From Chrysochromulina tobinii (lineage: Eukaryota), in NCBI GenBank assembly GCA_001275005.1, contig JWZX01003226.1:1-49406 (forward strand): 49,406 nt of DNA. Direction: 5' to 3'. A program made the translations under genes and the position numbers. The first letter of the stretch is position 1. Each line of letters starts with the position of its first letter. The notes beneath the pieces are model-generated. The model was not told where the DNA came from and did no database searches. It saw only the letters and a program-made list of their open reading frames with translations. Of this stretch, positions 29,748 to 38,761 are shown in pieces.

Positions 29748-32456
29748 ATGGTGCTGCGCCGCACCGCACGATGTTCCAGAGAATTTGCAGCCACGAGCGC
29801 GACAGAGATTCCATCGGAGAAGAAGAACAACGGGCTCTATCTCTTTCGCGACAGCTCGAGCATCGAGCCGCCAGCTGCTGCTTACGAGCCAGACCGCCGC
29901 GACAAGCTCGACTTCAACATCTACGCGGAGGTTGCCAACCCGAAGTTCATCGTATGCCCCGATGACATCTGGATGCCGAAGATGGAGGATATGGGCTGGC
30001 ATCTCAGTGCACTTGACGCAGATCAAATGCACTGAGATTGAGCTTTACGTGGAGCGCCTCAAACAAAGCACCGTGCGCGTTCTCGACCATGGCGCCACGC
30101 TCTTTGTGGTCTTCGTCGGGACCTTCTGGACCCTTTTCGCCGAGGACGTTGCGCACGGATGGCCACTTGACAAGACGGTGGACACTCCGTTTGCCTGGGC
30201 CTCTCTCTTCTTCCTCATCTTGTTCGTCGCCGAGCAGGCGACGCGCTCCATCGTGCAGCGCGAGGACTACTTGTTCAGCTTATTCTGGTGGATGGAGCTC
30301 GTGCGCGTTCGAGGCTCGAATGCGTACCCTCGCAGCGCACGAGCCGGGGCAAGGCCACCGAAGCGGCCGCCCCTCCCCGCCTTTCCCACAGAGACCCCGC
30401 TAGTCTCCTTAGCCATTGCTCACGCGCGCGTCGCACGGCACTCGTGTGCCCAGTTTGCAAACGCCTCCATGGTCTTGATGCTCGGACCGATCCTGGCTCC
30501 TGAGGGCGAGCACAGGTGCTCGGTCAAGTTTGGGCTCAGCGCCCTCGGAGTCGTGGCTGGCTCGATCACGATCGCGCGCGTGAGCAGGATCGCGCGCGTG
30601 CTGCGCCTGCTGCGCGTCTTCAGCGCAGCAAGGGAAGCAGCCAATCAAGCACCCCGCCGTCGTACAGTGAAACAGTCCGCGATCGGCAGGGCACTCAACG
30701 ACAAGCTCGTGCAGTCGATGGCCGTGATCGTCGTGGCGCTACAACTCATCTTCCCTTTGCTCAGCTTCCAGGAGAAGAACTCCGCGCGGGAGCTCGCCTT
30801 CGAAATCCTCACCATGGGCGGCAACGTCTCGAAGTCCGAGGGCACTTCGTACGGCGCTGCGATGCTCGAGCGCTACCAATTTGCTGGCCATCATGAGCTC
30901 GTGCTCTCGACAGAACAGGGGTTGAGATATGCTCGCAGCTACGCCACCCTCCTCAAGATCGTCTTCTCGTCCGAGGCGTTCGTATACATCAACGACCAAC
31001 CGGCAGCGAGCTACCCGGGGTGGGATGGCAACACTTACAACGCCGCGGACTGCCTGAACCTGAACGCGGAGGACACGTTCGCAGCGTGCCCCCAAGCGAT
31101 TCACGAGCTTCGGTGCTCGGAGATCCAATTCTTCCACCCAGAGAAGGGCGTGCACGAGGCCTACTGGGAGGTTCAAGAGCTGCGGATGGCGCAGGCACAG
31201 GGTAGTGCCGCGATCACCATCCTGCTCTTGGTCGCCATCCTCGTCATGTTCACGTCCCTCTCCGCTGACGTGGCGTCCATGGTGGTAGAGCCAATCGAGG
31301 GCATGGTCAAGCTCGTCAAGGCGCTCGCGGAGAATCCCAGCTGTAAGCTCGAGGAGCAGGCCAAGTCCAAATACGAAACAGAGGCCGTGCGCATCGCTCT
31401 CGCCAAGATCGTCGGCCTGATGCAGCTCGGGTTTGGCGGTGCCGGCCACGAGCTCATCTCAGCCAACCTAGCCAACTCTGAACAGGCAACGCTCGACTTA
31501 ACGCTTCGAGGCAAGAAGAGGGATTGCGCGTACGGCTATTGCGACATCCGCCAGTTCACCGAAACGGTGGAGTGCTTGCAGGATCAGGTGATGCTCTTCC
31601 GGTGATTGCGATTGCCATGCGGGGATGCTCACCAGGTGATTGCGAGTGCCATCAGGTGATGCTCTTCACCAACGCCGTCGGTGAGATCGTCCACCAGAGC
31701 TGCTACGACAACCACGGCGAGCCCAACAAGAATATCGGCGACGCCTTCCTGATCGTCTGGCGCTCCATGCTGTCCACCGACTACGGCAAGGTGGTCGACG
31801 GTGCATTGACATCCTTCCGCCGATGCGTGCGCGAAATAGCCTCGTCATTGACACTGCAGCTCGTGACCGATGTGGAAGCGATGCACAATAAGTTCGGGCG
31901 CGGCGTGTACCAAACCAAGCTCGGCTTCGGCCTCCACTTTGGTTGGTCGGTGGAGGGCCCCGTTGGCACGACGACCAAGATCGACTGCTCGTACCTCTCG
32001 CCCGAGGTGAAGATCTCGGACCGCCTCGAAGCGGCCACCAAGATCTACTCCTCCAACATCCTCATGAGTGGCCAGTTTTACGACCTGCTCTCGGACAACA
32101 TCAAGGTGGGCGTTCGCCTGATCGACTACGTGACGCTCAAGCACTGCAAAAAGCCCTTCCGCATCTACGCCGACGACCGCTCCAACCTGTGGCTCCAGAT
32201 GAATGCACGTCTCGTTGAGATCCACGGCGCCGAGGCAGCGTACGAGCTGTTCTCGAAGACCTTCCACGAGGGCATCGACGCCTTCATCAAGGGCGACTGG
32301 CCGACGGCGCAGCAAAAGCTTGAAAGCGCGCGTGACTTCTGCCCAATGGACGCGCCCACGCTGCTGCTGCTGAAGGAGATGAAGACGCGCTCTCTCGATC
32401 CGGTGACGCCGACTGCGCCCCTCGACTGGAAGGGCTACCACGAGTCCGAAGTCTGA
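29748..32456 (+). CDS. Ion-channel-type class III adenylyl cyclase (alveolate AC-alpha-like): voltage-sensor-like TM region, cyclase domain, C-terminal TPR-like helix
   Basis: S4-like IARVSRIARVLRLLRVF; GYCDIRQFTETVECLQ; NKNIGDAFLIVW; GFGLHFGWSVEGPVG...KIDCSYLSP...RLEAATKIY. Predicted phase-0 introns 29952-30021, 30301-30453 and 31588-31655 join three ORF-track segments in frame. Confidence 0.88.
31588..31655 (+). other. 68-nt spliceosomal intron with a duplicated junction
   Basis: CAG|GTGATG...ATCAG|GTGATG; removal joins CLQDQ to VMLFTNAVGEIVH. Confidence 0.9.
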
Positions 32457-32735
32457 TGTGTTTGTGTTGGGCACACCAGCGCCTAGATCCGATAAAGTAG
32501 CTACTAGCCGTGATTTTGGATACATTGTGCTAGCTTAAATTTTGTAGATGTAACTACTAAGTTTTGTAAGTACGTACATACGTTTGTTGCATGGCCTGTC
32601 CCGGCAATCACGTGCTACGGTATCATCTATCAATGTGTCCGGAGTCCGCGCGGTTCCGGGTTCGTCCATGGGTCGTCGTCACCTTTCGACAGTTTCGAGA
32701 TCGACAGTTTCTGACGGGTGCGAAACCGGCATAAT

Positions 32736-34451
32736 TCACAACGGGCACCAGTCGCTCCGCCCGATGCCGAGTGTGGCTTGCTCGAGCCGTCGGTGCCGCA
32801 CAAACAGGATGGCGGCGTTGGCGACGCCATATGAGGTGAGACACTCGAGCGCCACCCTGGCGTGCCACTCTCGGCCGCGTGTGCACACTTCGATGCGCTG
32901 CGTTACGAGATCAAGAATCGTCCACATGGCGGGTAGCAGTGAGCTGCCAGACTCCGCTGGCTCCTTCGCGCTATTGCCCTCGCTCGTGATGGGCACATGC
33001 ATCGCATGGAAGCGAGGTCCCATCGGTCTTAAGGGCACTGTCAGCCGACCCCAGAGTTCGCCACGGAGCGCATAGGTCGATCCCATCGGCAGGAAGGGTG
33101 CACTCGGCCTCTTGGGCGGTGCCCATGAAAAGTAGAAGACCACGCGTGCCGTTGCATCACACCCGCCCATCCTGTCGCTTCCCTCGTCATTGCCGTCGCC
33201 CTCACCGCCACCTGTGCCCCCGTCCTTGGCCAGCACGTGCTGCCATAACGTATGGGCGCCCCCATGGTGGAGCAATCGAGAGTCCATGAGCGTGGCACTG
33301 CCCAACTTCGCCTCGATTACTAGTGAAGACCGCGGCCAACGCTCCTGACAGTCTTCCGCGGATTCGAAAGACTGTGTCGCGTGCGTGCCCGGAGACACAC
33401 GAAGCGCGCCAAGCTCGGCCGCGGTGTCTTGGAGTACAATGAAGGCCGTCGTCATGGTCGAGTCACCGAAGCGTGCCTCCGTGTCAAAGTGCTCGGCCTG
33501 CTCCTTCGCGCCGGCACGTACGATGATGGAAGCAAGTTCGGTGATCGTGGCGCCATCTGGAACCAGGTCAGCAAGAAGCCCGCGCCGCTCGCCACGCTCA
33601 TCAGCGCGCACGCCCACTGCAGTCAAGGCCCGTGCCACCAGCGGGAGGTCGGGTTCGAGCAGCAGGTGCTCGCGATGATTCGCCTCGAGCACGGGCGCGT
33701 GCTTCATAAGAGGAGCGATGTGCAAAAGGAACTCGCGAAGCTCCAACGCCAACGGGCGTGGAAGGGCGCCAACTACCACTGCAACGCCTGCCGTTTTCAA
33801 GGCGCGTCGGGCTTGCCGGTAATTGGCGGGTTGGAGTGTGGCTTCGGCGAGCTCTCGAGCCGAGGGCTTGGTTTCAATCGGCCAGTGCGGCACTGCAAAT
33901 GGCAGATGGCCCAACGGAGCCGCGCCCTCGGGGCAGGACTGCGCCGGTGACTCCCGGAGCGGCTCCAGCGCCCAGATCTGTAGATAAGGTCGGCTCGGCA
34001 CGCAAGACCGGCGGGATTGCGCGCAACTGACAAGATTGAGCCGTGTATTCTCGAGCACGCTCATGAGTGCCGTCGCCAGGGTGGTTCGTGCAAGCATCGC
34101 AGTCTGAGGCGTGCCCAAGGTCGGCCGGACCGCATCTATCCAGAGATGAGCGACGCAGGTGTGGTTGACTGGCTTATCGCGATAGGCAGCGAGGAAGTCG
34201 GCCGTGAATGAGGGCTCCGTTTCAAGGTCGAGAGGGCTCGAGCAGCGCTCATCACACAGATTGCAGGCATAGGGGCAAACCTCGGCTACAGTGCGACCAG
34301 CGAGCGACGGATGTGGCAACTCTGTCCAGAGATCTTCAAAAGTGGCGGCACAGAAGGACGAGCTCAGCATTTCGCACGAGACGTACCCGGAAATGTAGCA
34401 GTAGCCCTCGAAGCAAGGGAACGGGCCACGGTCCGCGCATCTGAGAGCCAT
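32736..34451 (-). CDS. PhyH-family Fe(II)/2-oxoglutarate dioxygenase with Cys-rich N-terminus
   Basis: QAEHFDT (HxD), FIVLQD...GALRVSPGTH, GSATLMDSRLLHHGGAH (distal His), RVVFYFSW; N-terminal CPYACNLC. Confidence 0.8.
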   Translation of the reverse strand: MALRCADRGPFPCFEGYCYISGYVSCEMLSSSFCAATFEDLWTELPHPSLAGRTVAEVCPYACNLCDERCSSPLDLETEPSFTADFLAAYRDKPVNHTCVAHLWIDAVRPTLGTPQTAMLARTTLATALMSVLENTRLNLVSCAQSRRSCVPSRPYLQIWALEPLRESPAQSCPEGAAPLGHLPFAVPHWPIETKPSARELAEATLQPANYRQARRALKTAGVAVVVGALPRPLALELREFLLHIAPLMKHAPVLEANHREHLLLEPDLPLVARALTAVGVRADERGERRGLLADLVPDGATITELASIIVRAGAKEQAEHFDTEARFGDSTMTTAFIVLQDTAAELGALRVSPGTHATQSFESAEDCQERWPRSSLVIEAKLGSATLMDSRLLHHGGAHTLWQHVLAKDGGTGGGEGDGNDEGSDRMGGCDATARVVFYFSWAPPKRPSAPFLPMGSTYALRGELWGRLTVPLRPMGPRFHAMHVPITSEGNSAKEPAESGSSLLPAMWTILDLVTQRIEVCTRGREWHARVALECLTSYGVANAAILFVRHRRLEQATLGIGRSDWCPL

Positions 34452-35053
34452 GAAGTCAGGGAGCGTGCCAGCGGAGTGGGGCAGTGTGGGCCCCTCTGTG
34501 CAAGATTACTGTAAATGGAAATTCCGGATTCCTTGATCGGTGTCTATCCGTCAGCTGCGACACGAGCAAGCGTGTGTACACTATCGAAGGTCACTGCCGG
34601 TGCGGCACTGTCAGTCGGTTTCTTACGCTTGATCTTACGTCTCAATCTTGGTCTCTTCCGGTCACTGTAACGCCGCGCGACATGGCACATGTGCCCTTTC
34701 ATGCGCGCTTTGGATGCGTTCTACGCGCGACGCGACGCACGCGGCACGCACGCGCGAGCTGAATAAGCCCTTCGCCACTTACGGAGCAATCGTTTCGATC
34801 AGGGATTTCGATTTTAGTCCCTAGTTCTCTCCTGTGACACGGGTGAAATACATCTGTCGACCGGCGTTTGTGACGTTCGTGTGTCTGTCTCGTGTGTCCG
34901 GCTCCCCCCGTTGTTTTCGAACCGGAGCGCCGGCAAAGGAGCGTGTTTCGGTGTCATGGAACCTGCCGGAACGGCGCGCGGACGTTGGGACCTCGCACGG
35001 CGATCATACGGACCGGCCAGCCGAGCGGGTGGTTCGTGTTCCAACCGGCCCGC

Positions 35054-37924
35054 ATGGCAGACGCTGGCGCTGCGGCGGAGCCAGCACCTCCCGAACCGGC
35101 TGACACGGCAGCTCCTGACGCTCCAGCCGAGGCAGCTCCATCCCAAGCCAGTGATGAGGCTCCGCCAGCGAGTGCCAGTGATGAGGCGCCGCCTGCGGGT
35201 GACGATGCTGCGCCTCAGCGCCGTGAGGCACCTGTTCTCGAAGGGACGGTCCTTTCCCCCAGCGAGGAGGCAGAAGCCGCACCTGACTTGGAAAAGGCGC
35301 CTGAGGAAGAGGCGGAAGACGGAAGTTCGAACGCAAAGTGGACGGTGTTCAGCGTGAAGGAGACGCAGCGTGAGTGCAAAGCGCTTTTCGTACCCGATGG
35401 CAGGCGCCTCAACACCCAGGACCTGCAGGTTCTTCTCGCCGAAAACTGGAACGACGAGACTCCCAACTTTCTGGTGAGTGCAGACGCAGGTACCATTCAT
35501 CCCAAGGACTTTGCGACCCCAGCGCTCAGGGATCAAGTGCATGCCTTCGAAAAGTTCAGGAGATGGGGAGAGCTTCACGGGGAGCTTCGTGGTATCGAGA
35601 AGGGCAGCAAGAAGATGGAGGACTTTTCACTCAAAGTGATCAATGACGTCATCTTCCTCAGACTCACCACTGTATTCGTCTCCGTGCTCGAGCAAGCCGT
35701 GATCGCTCCGAATTTCATCGTTGTCGACCGCGTGTCGGCGAAGTCGCCGTCCGCTGAGCTAATCCTTGAGATAGCGCTGCAGAAAGTTCGTGACCTACCC
35801 AAGGTGCTCTGCATCGACGCCTTTTCGCGCCTCAAGCAATTCAAGGGCCAGAGCGGTACAGGCCCCATCGACCCAGTCACCCAGACATGCATCGACACTA
35901 TGAGGAAAATCCAAAAGACTGGTGTGAACCTCGGGTCCGACGACGAGCCAAAGGATAAAGAAGACATCATGCAATTCTATGACCTTGCTGAGTATTCAGA
36001 TCCATACGCTGACTTCTTTATGAACAGTCCGCTCCCGCGCAAGCCCGAAGCCGTCCATGTGCAGGCCGATGGAACGGTCCAAAGGCGCAGCAAGTGGCAG
36101 TATCACTACCTGAAGACATTCTGGGGTGGCGCAAACCGTTATATCCTGCTCGATGTTGCGCACGACGCCCCTGACCTATCGGGCCTCGGCGAGTATGGCT
36201 TCATCCATGCGAATGGGCAGGACATGATGTTTGACCGCTTCAAGTCGCGCGTTCAGCAGGGCTACAAAATGGTGATGCTGCACAACACGGGCGGCCTAAC
36301 ACAGGCTTTCGCTGCGATTCGCGCCGCGATGCTATCGCAAGTGACGTGCCCGACGCCCAACGAGATTCTCAACCTGATAAAAAACGATGCGACCGTCTCG
36401 AACAACGCGTGGAGGCATAAGTTTGGCCTGCCTGAGATTCACATGATGATGGAGCTCAACCAGCGCGCGCCGATGATCTTGCGCGATACCATCTTGGCCG
36501 TCGATGTGATGAATGATCCGTCGGACCGCGTACTAGACACCATGGCGGTGGTCTTCAACGCGGGCGGCGGCGTCCCAGAGCTTGGACTCGGCATGGCGGA
36601 GCAGCTGTGCATCCTTACGGCGTGGAAGCGCCACCTGACGCTCTACGAGAATGCCATCAAATTCGAGCAGATTGCAGATGCGATCCAACTCTTCACGTAC
36701 TGCAATGCAATCCTAACCACGGTCCTGGCCGTCCTCTATGCCCTGGAGACAGCAAGCTCGGACCTTGCTGCCGCGCTTGCCGCGCTGACACCCGTGCTCG
36801 ACACGATCCAGAATGATGAGCTGAGCAGCGGCGCCTTAGACGGCGTCGTCGAAGGGGCAGTTACTGAGGAGGTTAACCCGCTCAAGGGCCTGGCTGCGCT
36901 TGAAATGACAATGGTGCTGCTACCCATCATCTCTGCACTGCTCAACGCCATTCGTAGCAAGATGCGCCCGCGCGAGAAATGGGCGACGTGCTATATGGCG
37001 GCATTCCAGATCGTCAATCAGATCTACGATTACCGCCTTCGCACGAATGCTTACGACCCGACACCACCGCCGCCCAAAGAAGGTGAGGAACCACCACCAG
37101 AAATCTCACCGAAGAAGCGCGCGGTCATGATGCGTCAACTGTTTGTGGAAACCTGCAAGGCGATCTACACAGCGGCCATAAGCACCGAGGTGGCCAAAGG
37201 CGGATCGCTGCAGATGGGCCAAAAAGGTGGGATGGACCTCGAGAACGACAAAGCTTCGTTCATTGAAGCCCTCAACGAGCACAATCAGATTGTCATCCTG
37301 GGCGTATCGAAGTCCAAGAAGCCCAAGAAATCGAAGGTGACCCCAGCGCCTCCCGAAGAGGAGGAACCAGACTACGATGAGAATGCAGTCCAAGAAAAGA
37401 TCTCGAAAAAAGACGATAAAAAGCGCGCCAAAGACGAGGAGGGGCCTTCGTCGATGTACGTCGACAACCTGTACTCGCAGTTGGACGTCGAGAGCTACAT
37501 GCACTGTCGGCTGAGGCCGTTGACGGCGTTCTTTGAGAGGCGTGCCCCGACACTGAGCAATCGAGCCACCTACATGGAGGGGGTAGCAATCGCTGCCAAT
37601 ACTGTTGGTGCGCTCCTCGCCGTGACGGGTGGCGCCGAATTTATCGCGATCTCCGTAGCAGTGGCCTCTGTTGCCATGGCACTCCAGGACTACTTTTACT
37701 TGCCAAGCCAGACCAACATTGCGAATTCGGTGCTCTCTGAATGCCACAACTTGATCCTTCACTGGGATTCGCTCTCACTCGTCCAGCGCAAGACCAGAAG
37801 GACTCGGAGCTTGGTCTGTACCACGTGCGAGCAGTCGTACTTGTCGCTCGTCTCAGCGCGAACGGCCATCTCCGCAAAGCTGCCGACAGAGGATAAGAAA
37901 GCAGAGGAAGGCGAGGACAACTAA
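35054..37924 (+). CDS. SLOG (TRPM N-terminal/LSDAT-like) domain fused to two SLATT (DUF4231-like and SLATT_1-like) 2TM domains
   Basis: LLAENWNDETPNFLVSADAG resembles TRPM W-x-L-x-x-P-x-LLISVxGG; ANRYILLD and MVMLHNTGGLTQAFA match SLOG strands; AWKRHLTLYENA...LLPIISALL...PREKWATCYMAAFQIVNQIYDYRLRTNAY (DUF4231-like); YMHCRLRPLTAFFERRA...LILHWDSLSLVQR...LVCTTCE (SLATT_1-like). Confidence 0.7.
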   Translation: MADAGAAAEPAPPEPADTAAPDAPAEAAPSQASDEAPPASASDEAPPAGDDAAPQRREAPVLEGTVLSPSEEAEAAPDLEKAPEEEAEDGSSNAKWTVFSVKETQRECKALFVPDGRRLNTQDLQVLLAENWNDETPNFLVSADAGTIHPKDFATPALRDQVHAFEKFRRWGELHGELRGIEKGSKKMEDFSLKVINDVIFLRLTTVFVSVLEQAVIAPNFIVVDRVSAKSPSAELILEIALQKVRDLPKVLCIDAFSRLKQFKGQSGTGPIDPVTQTCIDTMRKIQKTGVNLGSDDEPKDKEDIMQFYDLAEYSDPYADFFMNSPLPRKPEAVHVQADGTVQRRSKWQYHYLKTFWGGANRYILLDVAHDAPDLSGLGEYGFIHANGQDMMFDRFKSRVQQGYKMVMLHNTGGLTQAFAAIRAAMLSQVTCPTPNEILNLIKNDATVSNNAWRHKFGLPEIHMMMELNQRAPMILRDTILAVDVMNDPSDRVLDTMAVVFNAGGGVPELGLGMAEQLCILTAWKRHLTLYENAIKFEQIADAIQLFTYCNAILTTVLAVLYALETASSDLAAALAALTPVLDTIQNDELSSGALDGVVEGAVTEEVNPLKGLAALEMTMVLLPIISALLNAIRSKMRPREKWATCYMAAFQIVNQIYDYRLRTNAYDPTPPPPKEGEEPPPEISPKKRAVMMRQLFVETCKAIYTAAISTEVAKGGSLQMGQKGGMDLENDKASFIEALNEHNQIVILGVSKSKKPKKSKVTPAPPEEEEPDYDENAVQEKISKKDDKKRAKDEEGPSSMYVDNLYSQLDVESYMHCRLRPLTAFFERRAPTLSNRATYMEGVAIAANTVGALLAVTGGAEFIAISVAVASVAMALQDYFYLPSQTNIANSVLSECHNLILHWDSLSLVQRKTRRTRSLVCTTCEQSYLSLVSARTAISAKLPTEDKKAEEGEDN

Positions 37925-38761
37925 ATGCAGTCAGCGCCAGGAGGGCATGAGTGGTACGGTAATGCACTTAGTACTCGACGCACATATGAGATATGTGGCG
38001 TCCATATCGCCGCATGGAGTGAGTCACATACTCATCAGAGGCGTCTCTCGTCTGGACACTCGGTACGGACCCAGGGGACGTCGCGCGGACTGCGGACCCG
38101 GACCGGACGCGCGGGACGCTTGAGCTTACACGAAACTGGGTCGTCCGGTCCATCGTGCGCCGTCGCGAAAAATTACCGACTCGGTTGTACACGACAGGTT
38201 TTCACTCGGCTCTCGGCGCATGGCGCTGCTCTCGGGCCGCGCCGGTCACGTCAAAGACCAGCACAGTACACACATAGATCATAGTAGTCGAGCTTGAGTA
38301 CACAGCTCGTAGGTGCCCGGATCCGATTCACCATACCCCGGCCCGCCTCCGTAGATGTGCGCGCACCTGCGGTGCTGCGCGCAGCACGCTCAGCTGCCAC
38401 TGCATGGCCATGCCGCATGCACACTAGCGACTAGCCAACACGCGTCGTCGGCTCGTCGCTGGTTCCATCTGTCCTTATTCCTGTTCAGTTCGCCTGCTGG
38501 CTGCTCCGGAATATCGGAGTCCCAAGATCTCGTGGCGACGTGACATGGCCACAGCCATGGACGACGACGACGACGAAGGCCATGGCGACGACGAAGGCCA
38601 TGGTCATTCCTTGTGCTTGTCCCGGGAAACCTCCTCGTCGAGTGCATGAGGCTCCGCGTGTGCACCCTAGTTCGGCCGGCCCACCGCTAGCGTCGTCCGT
38701 GTGCGCACGGACGACCGCAGCATACGCAGCAGCTCCCGCCTCGCTGATGCCCCCTGCGCGC

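Noticed and set aside
29568..30035. Separate upstream gene or programmed frameshift before the cyclase
   Set aside because: A phase-0 GTATGC...TTGACGCAG intron (29952-30021) joins it to the cyclase frame.
990..32030. RNA editing or an alternative genetic code as a common cause of the altered catalytic residues in MRE11, DUF726 and the cyclase
   Set aside because: The needed changes go in inconsistent directions (A->G, G->A, multi-base), and other enzymes in the window have normal catalytic residues under the standard code.
37930..38760. Short ORFs and the CATGGCGACGACGAAGGC duplication between convergent genes
   Set aside because: Consistent with 3' UTR or intergenic low-complexity sequence; no supportable function.
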